From Bryobacterales bacterium (GTDB lineage Bacteria > Acidobacteriota > Terriglobia > Bryobacterales > UBA6623): a stretch of 64,000 nucleotides of DNA. Numbering within the stretch: position 1 is the stretch's first letter; each line of letters starts with the position of its first letter. The notes below the pieces were generated by a model, which saw nothing but the letters and a program-made list of their open reading frames with translations, ran no database searches and was not told where the DNA came from. The position numbers and the translations under genes are program-made. The DNA lies in NCBI GenBank assembly GCA_965261065.1, contig OZ253444.1, forward strand, positions 6,838,902 to 6,902,901, written 5' to 3'. Below are positions 28,801 through 38,265 of the stretch, in pieces.

Positions 28801-29042
28801 CCGAGGTTCAGATGCTCACGGGCGGAATCGGGGTTGAGCGCGAGCGCTTTACGGAGCTCGTCCGGTGCGAGGTTTTGGGCCCCGGGGTTCTCGTAGAAAG
28901 CTTTGCCCAGATTGCGATGCTGCTGCAGGCGGGCACGCGCCGGGTCTTCCTCACGCGGGGGAGCGGGCGGGCCTGGCGAGCCACATCCCGCCGCCACCGC
29001 AAGCAATAGCAAGATGGCGGATCGGTTTCTCACTTGCATCAA
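25806..29042 (-). CDS. TPR + FG-GAP/VCBS + ASPIC/UnbV lipoprotein
   Basis: Lipobox AVAAGC; TPRs; repeats DYDNDGFPD, DYDHDYDLD, DVDNDGFLD and DFNGDGLED; ASPIC-like VFGL...VRITWTNG; C-terminal SCPMIFTWNG domain. Confidence 0.87.
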   Translation of the reverse strand: MMQVRNRSAILLLLAVAAGCGSPGPPAPPREEDPARARLQQHRNLGKAFYENPGAQNLAPDELRKALALNPDSAREHLNLGLALLRVGENDEGMAEIEKARAIDPALPHTYFNLGIEYKKRGENERASEEFEQMIKLVPTEAKSHYQLGVLYRQNKNLESAIPMLEKASELAPSLAAPHFQLFNIYRRSDRERAMKELARFKELKAAQQGAAVGEDVNWSFYSELYDEVEPGSAVPEAVAMEFEEIALDRSLQGDRGRVALLDADADGKPDALAWSDVDVLLLRNVEGKLEAEPLWSTGEGATLRRLAAGDYDNDGFPDVAAAASNGGHLIENQEGQLASHPRKLADGSFEAVLWVDYDHDYDLDLLLTGTDHKLLRNNGDGTFADVSADFPFDTTRRGMAAATLELVEDNGNDIVIAYADGVTVYHDRMLGRYKASLVEGATPKGDSATLDVVDVDNDGFLDLALTWTHKAGATTQIIENHEGAVTAGPEHGGALAWADLQNRGWTDAVAAGRVLINESAGRFEQQSLAALDSARAAAAADFNGDGLEDLLVVDNDRNLRVLANTTKTGHAQVTVSLEGVKSAKLAEGSRVEVRAGRVYRKRIYRGVPLVFGLAKAESIDTVRITWTNGLIQNESEQLVGMDHRYVEKPRLSGSCPMIFTWNGEEFEYISEVLGVAPLGASLGGGKFFPVDHDEYVWIRGEQLRRRDGFYEVRITEELREVAYLDQVKLIAVDHPSDVDVYTNEKFKAPPFPEFRLFGVAGGQKVAPSSARDHRGRNVLARLAQPDGRYVDGFERTFRNRAERHWLTLDFPDLRDSDDAMLFLTGWVDWADASTIVAASQNRAIEPPYVQVKDGRGQWQTVIEDLGLPGGRPRTMVVDLSGKFLSVSREIRIVTNMCLYWDEIFAARGVGEPEAALPELALARSELRFRGFSQNQTHPQRTEPESFDYARVRPTSVWNPTPGNYTAYGRVDELIEQIDDRYVILGAGDELTLRFAAMGEPPLPGWRRDFLLFVDGWAKEHESNTAFGDSVEPLPFHSMTSYPYGADEHYPQGPLHREYLETYINRPALRLIRPLRRP

Positions 29043-29088
29043 GAAGATGATCTCATCCTAACGAAGTGGCGGGCCGGGGACGGGGGTC

Positions 29089-29112
29089 GTAGGGGCACGG
29101 CATGCCGTGCCC
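29089..29112 (+). repeat. GTAG-type REP palindrome
   Basis: GTAG-GGGCACGGCATGCCGTGCCC, a perfect 20-bp palindrome; related copies at 41761-41778 and 52354-52377. Confidence 0.75.
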
Positions 29113-29162
29113 GCTGCTCGGCTTGGACGCGGCATACCTCTGTCCGCGCCTGTATCTTCCGG

Positions 29163-29636
29163 CTACGGCGCTTCCCAGAGAACTTTCTCGTTCGGACCGT
29201 TGAGGGCCGCGCGGGCCGTGCCATTGGGCGAGGCGTAAATCAGCGCGCCCGACTTTTTGCCGGCCGTCGACATCGACAAGCGCGGATTGCCATCATTCGA
29301 CAAGTAGAGGTCCACGCCCGCGTTCCCGTTCTGGTCGAAGAGCACCACGCTGCCACTGCCATCCGAGGCGACCACAATGGCCGATCGCACCTTGCCTTGA
29401 GCGTCGGTGAGGCTGACACGGGCGCCGCCCTGGTGAAGCTGTAGCCCGCCTCGCGTGCGATTGCTCCTATCGACCAGCACAAACGATTGCGCCGAGACAC
29501 TCTCGGCGACTATGCGTTGCGGCATCACCTGCGCCGAGACCGAGGCCGGCGCAGCGAGTCGGGTCGCCAATAGGCCCCCGAAGAAACCTGCGGCAGTAGC
29601 GGCCAAGACAACCAGAATCGTTTGTTTGCGGTTCAT
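29163..29636 (-). CDS. Hypothetical exported protein
   Basis: GAGGAG SD, then MNRKQTILVVLAATAAGFFGG signal/TM and a short beta-repeat body (FVLVDRSNRTRGGL, VLFDQNG). Confidence 0.7.
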   Translation of the reverse strand: MNRKQTILVVLAATAAGFFGGLLATRLAAPASVSAQVMPQRIVAESVSAQSFVLVDRSNRTRGGLQLHQGGARVSLTDAQGKVRSAIVVASDGSGSVVLFDQNGNAGVDLYLSNDGNPRLSMSTAGKKSGALIYASPNGTARAALNGPNEKVLWEAP

Positions 29637-30479
29637 TGTGATCTCCTCAAAGAAAAGGTGGTCCGTGCGCCACAAGGGAGGCCGAGACGTGACCGAACGC
29701 GCGCGTAGCGCACTACACACCCCCTACGTTACCCCATAGCGGCGACATTCTACTAATGCTTCCACGTGATCTGCAAATGATACTGCCCCTCGCCGCCCTT
29801 GAAGTCATAGATGCGGATGCGCGCGCTGTAGCCGTTCTCCTCGGTGGGCTTTGCTAGGACGACAAACTTGCCACGGCCCTTTCTCTTCTTCACCTCGAAG
29901 GATTGCAGCGGTTTTTGCGGAATCCCCTGAGTGTACTCGGTGCCTGCGTTGCGTCCCGGTTGGTTGGAGAGATGCTTGTGGACGACGGTCGCTCCCTGGA
30001 TAAACACCTCTTGGACGTGGTCCACCCACAGGCGCAGGTCGAAGCGGCCCTGGTTAGCATAAGGATCGAAGTCCAACGCCTTCCGCGCGGGCAAGGGACG
30101 GTAGCCTTGTGCCAGGAGCGACTCGGTTGTGGGCGAAGCCGACGTCGCGCCCGGCGCGAGGGGTTCCCCCGGCGCTTCCTCCGGCTTCGGCGGCAGTTTG
30201 GCTGACCCAGAAGTTCGGACCGCCTCGATTAGCACCGGACTCGCGCCGGCGGTCTGGAATTCGGGGTCGAGAGAGGGGGTCCAGCGGAAGTCCACGCCGC
30301 GCACTTCCACCATGCGCCGGACCCGCGGTGACGCAGCGGTTCCGCATCCACATTTCTTGAGGGTCGGAAACATTTGATTTAGCAAGTGTTTTCGCTCGTC
30401 CTCCAGGTCCGAGCAGATTCGCATTCCCCCGGCGGACTTGACCCATGTGTTATTCTGATATATATTAATTATACCAGTC

Positions 30480-30818
30480 ATGAAGGCGGCCCCCACTCGC
30501 TCTCATCTCTCGGATGCCGAACGTAGGCTCCGCTCCCGCATCGCGCAGCTCGTCCATGGCCGCTGGTTGCTGCACGGCACGCTGGCGCCCCGCCAACGCA
30601 CCTGCGGCAAGCCCACCTGTCGCTGTGCTCGCGGTCAGCTTCACGCCTCGTTGTATTTGGTGCGGAATCGCCAAGGGCAACTGCAGCAGCTGTTTGTGCC
30701 CCGCCACTGGGAGGCCCGCGTCCGCCAGGCCGTGGCCGACTACCAGCAACTCCAACGGCTCCTCGACGAGGTCTCCGAGCGTGAATGGAAACGGCTCCGA
30801 AGCCGCCGGGAGGAATGA
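30480..30818 (+). CDS. Small Cys/His-rich IS accessory protein (DUF6788-like)
   Basis: LLHGTL...[16 protein letters not shown]...LFVP...[12 protein letters not shown]; lies inside the IS. Confidence 0.72.
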   Translation: MKAAPTRSHLSDAERRLRSRIAQLVHGRWLLHGTLAPRQRTCGKPTCRCARGQLHASLYLVRNRQGQLQQLFVPRHWEARVRQAVADYQQLQRLLDEVSEREWKRLRSRREE

Positions 30819-30819
30819 C

Positions 30820-32064
30820 GTTCTTCGACGCCTGCTGCACTACGCCGAGAAGGTCTACGGTCTGCGGGACTCGCTGCTGGCCGCCGTCGGCGACACCAGG
30901 CCGCGGCCGCGCATCCCGACGCGGGTGGTGCTGCAGTCGGTGCTGGTGCTGTTCTGGACACGGCTGGGCAGCCTCAACGCGTTAGAGACGCTAGCGCCCG
31001 CACCGTTTTGGAAACAGTGGTTGGGCCGCGAGATGCCCAGCGCCGACACCCTCGGGCGCGTCTACAGCCGGCTCGATGCCGCCGCGGTGCGGGCAGCGAT
31101 TCATCACGTCTACGAACGGCTCAAGCGCAACAAGGCCCTGCCCGGGATCGGCGGGCTGGGCGTGGCCGTGCTCGACGGCCATGAGTCTCACGCCAGCTAC
31201 CGCCGTTGCTGTCGAGGATGCTTGAAGCGCACCGTGCAGCGCCGCGATGGCCAGCAGATGCAATACTACCATCGCCAAGTCACACTGCTGTTGCTCTCCG
31301 ATGCGCCCCCCGGCTCCGAACCGCTGCGACTGTTGCTCGACGCCGAGCCGCAACGGCCCGGCGAGGACGAGATGGCCGCGGCGCACCGTTTGCTGGCGCG
31401 AGTTATCGAGACCTATCCGCGAGCCTTTGACGTCGTGTTGGCCGATGCTCTCTACGCCACCGCCCCGTTTATCAACTTCTTATTGGGGCATGGCAAAGAC
31501 GCCGTGATCGTGCTCAAGGACGAGCGCCGCAACCTCTATCAAGACGTCCAAGGGCTGTGGCCGACCACGGCGCCCCAACGCGGCGACTATCAAGGTCGCG
31601 ATTGCCAGTGGTGGGATCACGAGGGCCTGGTGTCGTGGCCGCAGGTGCAGCAGCCGCTGCGGGTGGTTCGTTCCGTCGAGAGCTGGCAGCAGTATTCGCA
31701 AATCGACTCCCAACCGCATCCGCATCACAGCGAGTGGGTGTGGGTGACGACCCTTTCCTCACTGCAGGTTCGGACCGCGCGGGTGGTAAGGTTGGGCCAT
31801 CAACGCTGGGACATCGAGAATCAGGGTTTCAACGAGTTAGTCAACGGCTGGCACGCCGACCACGTATATAAGCACGACCCCGCGGCGATCGAGAACTTTC
31901 TGTTGACGGTGTTTCTGGCTTTTAATCTCTTCCACGTTTTTGTTGCGCGCAATCTCAAGGCATCGCTGCGGCGCAGCAAGCCGCGAGTCTTTTGGGCGCG
32001 CGCGATGGCGGCTGATCTGTATCAGGCGGCGGCTTGCCCGTACGGCTCGGGGCCCTCGCCATAG
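30820..32064 (+). CDS. DDE transposase (DDE_Tnp_1/IS4-like); start codon unresolved
   Basis: [27 protein letters not shown]; the SD-preceded ATG at 30815 is out of frame with this ORF. Confidence 0.8.
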   Translation, partial: VLRRLLHYAEKVYGLRDSLLAAVGDTRPRPRIPTRVVLQSVLVLFWTRLGSLNALETLAPAPFWKQWLGREMPSADTLGRVYSRLDAAAVRAAIHHVYERLKRNKALPGIGGLGVAVLDGHESHASYRRCCRGCLKRTVQRRDGQQMQYYHRQVTLLLLSDAPPGSEPLRLLLDAEPQRPGEDEMAAAHRLLARVIETYPRAFDVVLADALYATAPFINFLLGHGKDAVIVLKDERRNLYQDVQGLWPTTAPQRGDYQGRDCQWWDHEGLVSWPQVQQPLRVVRSVESWQQYSQIDSQPHPHHSEWVWVTTLSSLQVRTARVVRLGHQRWDIENQGFNELVNGWHADHVYKHDPAAIENFLLTVFLAFNLFHVFVARNLKASLRRSKPRVFWARAMAADLYQAAACPYGSGPSP

Positions 32065-32930
32065 CGAGCGGGTGGTTTTCTTTCTCCCTGCCATCCTGCG
32101 CTGCCACCACGCCGCCGAGCGGCAGCCGAGCGTAGCGGTGTCTTCCGCAGCCGACTTCGGGCCCCGCCGAGGCCCTCGTCCGGCTGCGAATCTGCTCGCC
32201 CCGCTCGCCCCGCACCTAACTCGCTCGTTCCCCAATCACTTCCCGGCTCTCGCCCGACCGCGTTGCGGAATCGCTGGCGGTGACGGCATTCCCGACTGGA
32301 GCAGGATCACGATCTGCCCTTTCGACATCGCCGGACCCGGCTGCTCCCAGGGCGGGGGCGGCGCGTCGCGAGCAGGCGGTGGCGGCGAGGACGTCGTAGC
32401 GCCCGGGAATGGCGAGTCACCCTTGGGCCCTGGCGTCGAGGGCGTGGGTTCTAGTGGGGGAGGCCCCGGTGAAACAGGCGCTACGCCGCCTGCGGGCCGG
32501 TAGCTTCGCTTCACGGCGTCGATGAACGTGTCCGAGGCACCGGTGGAACGAATCTCCTGTTCGATCTCGGGCGTGAGCCGGAATCGCACGCCTCGATCGA
32601 CAACGATGTCGGCGAGTTCCTTCTCCGTCAGCCCGCCGATTTTCAAGGCTCCGAGTAGGCCGTCGCGGCTGACCGGCTGCGGCTGCTGAGCGGCGGCGAC
32701 AACACAGAGCGCGAGGGCCACTGGGCACAGCAGATGCACTGCGCGCAGAAAGCCGCGGCTACGAAATCGGTGCGATGGGTGTTGATGGGACATTGTCCTG
32801 TTCATCGTCAGAGCCCTGACGAAGCGGCGGGCCCAGTGCCGGTGCCCCCAGTGCCAGTGCTACGTGCAGCCCACCAAGCCTCGGCGGCGCCAACGTTCGA
32901 TCTTCCGGCGGCCACCCATTTTGGGGCCCA

Positions 32931-34781
32931 TCATTTCTCAAGCGCTTTCAAAGCCTGTTCTCGCAAGCGCTGCCGGGCGCGTTCGGCGGCGGCGGCCACC
33001 TCTTCAGGCGAAAGCGCCTGCGGCGGCGGGGCCTGCTCGATCGGCGGCGCGGCAGAAGCCTTCTTGGGTGGTCCCCCCGCGACCGTAGCCGGCGGTTGCT
33101 TGCTTGGTTGCGGAGGCCGTCTCCCGACCTCGCCCCCAGGGGACTTGTCAGCTCCGATCGCTGGCGTTCCCTGAGAAATCGTTCCTGGTGTACTCGTTCC
33201 CTGCGGAATCGAGGGGCGCGCTCCTACCTGTGACGATCCCGGTCCGCCCGCAGCCTTCCTACCCACACCCGCGGCGGCAGGCTGGGGCGTATTCGGCACG
33301 GCCCCCGGCAGCTCCGGCGTGTCAGACGCGATAGGTGGAACCTCGGGTTCACTGGCTCCAGGCATCAATGCCCACGCGAGTAAGGCGACCAGGACAATCG
33401 TGGCGGCCAAGCCCGCGTAAAGCTTCCATCGTGAATCGTCTTCCCCCGTTCCAATGGATCCCAGGGTGGGAACAGCGATCACGGGTGACGCGGCTTGTTG
33501 AGGAACAGCCCGTTCTCCCGAGGCAGCAGCAGGCGGCCGTGGGGCTGCCGCTGTCGCTTCGTGCGTAGGGGCGACCGGCGGCGCAGGGGCCACCGGAGGC
33601 GCAATCAGGGTCTCGTCCACCGACGAGGGCGTCGGACGCTCCTCAGCGGAATAAGCCGCCGGCGCTGCCTTGGCGTTAGCTTGCTGTTCCACCGGCGCCG
33701 GTGGTTTCGGCGGCGGCTTGACGGCGGCAGCCGGGGCGGAGGGCTGCTCGCTTGGCGCGGGCGGACTTGGACTCGGTGCCTCCAGCGGCGCCGCCGCCTC
33801 GGCGACAAACCGTGTTCTGGGCGCGAGCGGTGGCGGCGCGGGAGGCGGCGGAGCCGGAGTGTTCACGGCGGGCTCCGGACGCTCGTACACAACCGTCTCC
33901 TTCAGCCGCGGCGTCTCACGGGGCGGAGGCACGGGGGTCAATCGGCTGCCTCTCGCCGCGACGCCCTGCGGCTCAATCGCCGCCCACAGAGCCTGTTGAA
34001 ACTCGGCGGCCGTCGGGATGCGGTACTGGGGCTTCTTGGCCAGCGACCGCATGATGACCGCTTCAACCGCCTCCGGGATGCTGGGCTCATACTCGCGCGG
34101 GGGGGCCGGCGGTTGCTCCACTTGCGCCCGCATCAGATCGTATTCGCTCGTCGCCGAGAACAGGCCGCGCCCGGTCAGCATCTCGTACAGCACGACGCCC
34201 AGAGCGTAAATATCGGAGCGCCGGTCGATCTCTTGGCCTTGAATGCGCTCGGGGGACATGTACTCGATGGTCCCCACCACGGCCCCCTGCCGCGTCATGC
34301 CGGCTTCGCCGAGCACGCGGGCGATGCCGAAATCGGTCACCTTGACCACGTCTTGCGACGAGACCATGATGTTCGCCGGCTTGATGTCGCGGTGCAGGAT
34401 GCCCATGTTGTGCGCGTGTTCGATACCCTCCAGGGCCTGGCAGAACAGCGGCACCGCCCGCGCTGTCGCCATCGCTTTCGAATCCCGAATGATGTCGTCG
34501 AGCGTGGGGCCGTCGACGAACTCCATCACCATGTAGAAGTCGTCGCCGCTGCGGAAGAACGAGAAGAGCGTGGCGGTATTGGGATGGTTCAGCTTGGCGA
34601 GGGTGACCGCCTCACTGCGGAAGCGCGCCAGCAGATCGGGCTTGCGAGCCAGCTCGGGGCGCAGGCTCTTGATCGCCACCTCGCGGTCGAGCATGACGTC
34701 GACGCCCTTGAAGACGGACCCCATGCCGCCTTCGCCGATCTTCTCGATAATCTTGTAGTTCCCTACAACGCTGCCGATCAT
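32931..34781 (-). CDS. Hanks-type Ser/Thr protein kinase with Pro-rich linker and TM helix
   Basis: IGEGGMG, VAIK, HRDIKPAN, DFG, GTIEYMSPE; TM helix LYAGLAATIVLVALLAWAL. Confidence 0.96.
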   Translation of the reverse strand: MIGSVVGNYKIIEKIGEGGMGSVFKGVDVMLDREVAIKSLRPELARKPDLLARFRSEAVTLAKLNHPNTATLFSFFRSGDDFYMVMEFVDGPTLDDIIRDSKAMATARAVPLFCQALEGIEHAHNMGILHRDIKPANIMVSSQDVVKVTDFGIARVLGEAGMTRQGAVVGTIEYMSPERIQGQEIDRRSDIYALGVVLYEMLTGRGLFSATSEYDLMRAQVEQPPAPPREYEPSIPEAVEAVIMRSLAKKPQYRIPTAAEFQQALWAAIEPQGVAARGSRLTPVPPPRETPRLKETVVYERPEPAVNTPAPPPPAPPPLAPRTRFVAEAAAPLEAPSPSPPAPSEQPSAPAAAVKPPPKPPAPVEQQANAKAAPAAYSAEERPTPSSVDETLIAPPVAPAPPVAPTHEATAAAPRPPAAASGERAVPQQAASPVIAVPTLGSIGTGEDDSRWKLYAGLAATIVLVALLAWALMPGASEPEVPPIASDTPELPGAVPNTPQPAAAGVGRKAAGGPGSSQVGARPSIPQGTSTPGTISQGTPAIGADKSPGGEVGRRPPQPSKQPPATVAGGPPKKASAAPPIEQAPPPQALSPEEVAAAAERARQRLREQALKALEK

Positions 34782-34791
34782 GGTCGAAACG

Positions 34792-35601
34792 TCACTCTTT
34801 GCTCGTCGTGGCTCGCTTGGCGCCGGACTCGCCGACTATCAAGACGCAAACGCTGATGTTGTCGGGACCGCCGCGGTCATTGGCCATCTTCACAAGCCGG
34901 TCGCAGGCGCTAGTGCTCGCAACGGATGCCACGGTCTTGGCGATCTCATCGTCCTCGACTACACCATAAAGGCCGTCGGAGCAGAGCACGAAGCGGTCAT
35001 CCGGTTTGACCGGCAGGGGCTTCTCCCAAGACGCCACCTCGACTTTGGTCTGCCGGCCCAACGCCCGAATGATGACGTTGCGGTCGGGATGCGAACGCGC
35101 CTCTTCGAGCGAGATCACTCCTTCTTTCACCATCTGCATCACAAGCGAATGGTCTTCGCTGAGCTGGTATGCGCTGCCGCCGCGGACTAAGTAGAGGCGG
35201 CTATCGCCGACCTGCGCGTGAATGGCCGACTGGTTCTGCAGAGCGAGGGCCGTGCACGTGGTACCCATGCCCTTGAGCCCGCCGTTTTGCTTGGCCGCAT
35301 CGTGGATGGCGGTGTTCGCCTCAATGACGGCATCAACCAATGCTTCCTGCGGCGCCTTGTTGCTCCGGTAGTAGGAGTACCCAACGATATCGACGGCGAT
35401 GCGGCTGGCGACCTCTCCGGCCGAGTGCCCTCCCATACCGTCGGCGATGACCGCGAGAGTGCCTTTCGAAACCAGCAGTTCCTGTTCGTCCGGATGAATG
35501 ATCGTCGCGGCGTCTTCGTTCAACTCACGGCTGCAACCGATGTCAGTGCGAAAGCTGGCATCGACGGCGTACGTGAGGGGCTTTTGCGAGGTTGGTGGCA
35601 A
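34792..35601 (-). CDS. PP2C/Stp1-family Ser/Thr phosphatase
   Basis: TDIG...NED, VIADGMGGH..GEVASR, GMGTT, VGDSRLY, LCSDGL, GGPDNISV. Confidence 0.95.
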   Translation of the reverse strand: MPPTSQKPLTYAVDASFRTDIGCSRELNEDAATIIHPDEQELLVSKGTLAVIADGMGGHSAGEVASRIAVDIVGYSYYRSNKAPQEALVDAVIEANTAIHDAAKQNGGLKGMGTTCTALALQNQSAIHAQVGDSRLYLVRGGSAYQLSEDHSLVMQMVKEGVISLEEARSHPDRNVIIRALGRQTKVEVASWEKPLPVKPDDRFVLCSDGLYGVVEDDEIAKTVASVASTSACDRLVKMANDRGGPDNISVCVLIVGESGAKRATTSKE

Positions 35602-35759
35602 AGTCTATCTTCCCTGTCGAACCAGTCGGGGACCGGCCGCATCGCGCCGCCCGTGAGCGACGAAAACAAAGAACCCGCCGCGTGCGGTGCGCGGTACACC
35701 CCCATTCTTTCAAGCCCTTTGCCGGTCCGGCGCAAGGACCGCTGTTCGGCGCCCCGACG

Positions 35760-37523
35760 CTAGCGCAGCACCCTTCTCATACCCATCAGCTCGAGCCCGA
35801 AGCGAATCGGGACGGCCAGCGACACCGTCACGTCACGGGCGACGACCGCGTTGAAAATGCCGATCACCTGGCCCTGATCGTCGAACACCGGACCGCCGCT
35901 GTTTCCGAGCCCGGCGGAATTGATCGTCAACTGGTAACAGTCGCCGCACATGTTGTATAGCGCATCGGCGGAGCCGGCGGCCGCTTGCGTGTGAAGCACG
36001 CGGCCGATGTTGCCGACGCTGACGGTCGGGTCGGGAACCTCCTGCATCTGTCCCTGACTTCTCAGACCGGTCGCGACAGTGGCCACGGAGAAGGTGCCGG
36101 GCGAGACGTTCGGGTAGCCCATCACGATGGAGGGCGCGCCCGGTTGCACTTCAGCGGCGTCAGTGGGAAAGTTCACCGTGGGCAAGGCCGAGGGGGCCGC
36201 GATGTTGATCATGGCGACATCGTGGCGCTGAGAGACGCGCGTGAGAGACGCCGGGATCCGCAGGCTGGTCTTCGCGAAGGTCACGTCGAGGTAGTCATGG
36301 CGTCCCTCGACCGAGCGGGTCGGGCCGCTGGTCTCGGGAATGCGAATCTGCGTCAGGTTGATCACCTGCGAGGCCTTGAATCTCGTCCGCGACGGCATCC
36401 AGTCGGCCGGGGCCGTTACCAACTCCTCCCAGCCCACCCATACATAGTCCGTGCCGCGGCGTCCCAGCACGGCGACCAATCCCGGGGCGGCCTGCGGGGG
36501 CCACGCCGTGAAGTTCTCCTCCCATGAAGCCGCGATGTGCCGGCTGGTGAGGATAAAGCCTTCAGGGCTCGCCACGAAGCCCGACCCCGAGCCGCGCGCT
36601 CCGACCGGGTAATTGCGTCCGGCCTGGTCGCCGGTGAACAGCGCGGGCTCGATGCGGTTATCCGGGAAACGTATGTAGAGCGGCACGATCTGCCGCGACG
36701 CTACCCCCGGGAAGCGGTTGTACTGGCGGTACACGGGGTTGTTCACGTACCAGTGATAGAGCTGGCGGCCCGTATCGATGTCGAAGAGCTTCCAGCTCAC
36801 TTCGACCAAGACGACGGCCTCACTGTTCTGCGACGCAATAGTCGTCTCGCCCGGGCCGAAACGGTCTTCGGCGATGGAGCCGCTAATCGTCTCCCATCCT
36901 CCCAGGTAGAGGTAGGCGCCGACGCCGACAACCAGCAGAGCCACGACGGCCAGGGCGATCCCGGCCGACGATTTCTTGGTCTCGGTAGTCGAATGAGCGA
37001 TCATCCGCTCGACGGTGGCCTTGCCGACGGTCTGGCGCGGCGGCCCCGAAGGCTGAGACGGCGGAGGCTGAGACGGCGGGGGCGATACGACAGGCGGTCC
37101 GCTTGAGACTGCCCGCGTGGGCGGAGGCATCGGCGGCGCGGTTCTCGGACTGCCCGCTTCGTCGGCGATACGCGTCTCCGGCGCTACCGGGGGCGGTTCC
37201 ACCTGGAACTCGAACTCCGGTCCGGCGGGCCCGAACTGCACCGTGTCGCCGTGCGAAATCCTCGACGTGCCATAGACGCGATGCTTGTTGAGAAAGGTTC
37301 CGTTGCGGCTGTCGAGGTCGGTCAGCAGGAACTGGTTGGGGTTCGATTCGTCGCGAGTGATGCGCGCGTGTTGCCGCCCCACCAAGTCGTCTTGTTCGGG
37401 ATGGTATTTGACCGTCGCCCCGGGGTCGCGCCCGATCAGCAACTCGGTGAAGTGCTTGAGGGGGAACTCCTCGACTTCGTTGGCCTTCGAGCCGGATAAG
37501 TGTTTGAGAACAATACGTTCCAT
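35760..37523 (-). CDS. FHA domain-TM-trypsin-like serine protease
   Basis: FHA motifs IGRD, GRQHARI, DLDSRNGTFLN; TM helix; protease triad motifs LTSRHI, RHDVAMI and GNSGGP. Confidence 0.88.
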   Translation of the reverse strand: MERIVLKHLSGSKANEVEEFPLKHFTELLIGRDPGATVKYHPEQDDLVGRQHARITRDESNPNQFLLTDLDSRNGTFLNKHRVYGTSRISHGDTVQFGPAGPEFEFQVEPPPVAPETRIADEAGSPRTAPPMPPPTRAVSSGPPVVSPPPSQPPPSQPSGPPRQTVGKATVERMIAHSTTETKKSSAGIALAVVALLVVGVGAYLYLGGWETISGSIAEDRFGPGETTIASQNSEAVVLVEVSWKLFDIDTGRQLYHWYVNNPVYRQYNRFPGVASRQIVPLYIRFPDNRIEPALFTGDQAGRNYPVGARGSGSGFVASPEGFILTSRHIAASWEENFTAWPPQAAPGLVAVLGRRGTDYVWVGWEELVTAPADWMPSRTRFKASQVINLTQIRIPETSGPTRSVEGRHDYLDVTFAKTSLRIPASLTRVSQRHDVAMINIAAPSALPTVNFPTDAAEVQPGAPSIVMGYPNVSPGTFSVATVATGLRSQGQMQEVPDPTVSVGNIGRVLHTQAAAGSADALYNMCGDCYQLTINSAGLGNSGGPVFDDQGQVIGIFNAVVARDVTVSLAVPIRFGLELMGMRRVLR

Positions 37524-37680
37524 GACGTCTAGCGGCCACCTTTCCGCTGCGAGCATTATATCCCGGTTTCGCCGTTGCGGCAGGGAGGCAAGACGGGACT
37601 CAGATCCGTACGTAAGGATTCTGACGATCACTCGATGCCCGGCCCGCCCCAACCGCGCCAACCACCACCTCCGAGCCGCC

Positions 37681-37848
37681 GGCAGTTCGCGGACAAAGCC
37701 CGAACACTGGTTGGCAAGGCGGCCTCGCGGCGCTGTTCGATGTGGACCAGCGTTACCCAGCGATTCCGCTGTGCAACATCCTCCATCGTCGGAACCTCAG
37801 TCACAGAATCTTCATCCCACTATAATGGCTGTCAGCGAAACGACGCAC
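37681..37848 (+). repeat. 168-bp direct repeat, copy 1
   Basis: 159/168 identical to 38852-39019; contains TATAAT at 37821-37826. Confidence 0.92.
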
Positions 37849-38232
37849 CACAACCCGGAGGGGGACAAAGCCCGCACTCCGGTGCACGACTCGCGGAGTC
37901 ACGGACTTTCTAGAACTTTATTCTCCTTCCTTTCAATAACTTGCCACTCCGAGAACCCTGGAACCCATAGATGTGAGTGCTAGCCTAATAGCGGGAACGA
38001 CCGGTGCGGACAGATCGCCGGACCAACAACGACCGTTTCCTGGCCAGGCAGTTTCGATGTTGCTCTCCGAACATATGTGAAGCGACCTTCCCCCGCGAAC
38101 GGCAGCTCCTGACGCAATCGGTCAGGTGAGGACCGTCCGTTCAAGCCCGCTCTTTCGCTCCTATCTAGAGCGGGCCGCTGAGGTCATCACAGACTGGAGC
38201 CAGAGGGCCCTCTTTTTTTTGAACCGATTTTG

Positions 38233-38265
38233 AACCGAGCCGTGACCGTGAGGGAGCGGTCCGGC
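38233..38265 (-). repeat. Dispersed REP-like repeat, family B
   Basis: AACCGAGCCGTGACCGTGAGGGAGCGGTCCGGC, the reverse complement of the family B consensus. Confidence 0.8.

Larger units (their letters stand above)
30334..32276 (+). mobile_element. IS4-like insertion sequence with accessory ORF
   Basis: IRs CAGCG(G/A)TTCCGCA; 9-bp TSD GCGGTGACG at 30325-30333 and 32277-32285. Confidence 0.9.
29753..32805 (-). pseudogene. Exported two-repeat-domain protein split by an IS4-like element
   Basis: 32805-32277 joined to 30324-29753 gives 1101 nt in frame (366 aa); junction reads QSGMPSP-RVRRMVEVRGVDF. Confidence 0.82.

Noticed and set aside
37681-37848. 168-bp repeat as a group II intron 5' fragment (minus strand begins GTGCG)
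   Set aside because: Only the pentamer matches; I could not recognise domain I features like those in the real intron at 61199.
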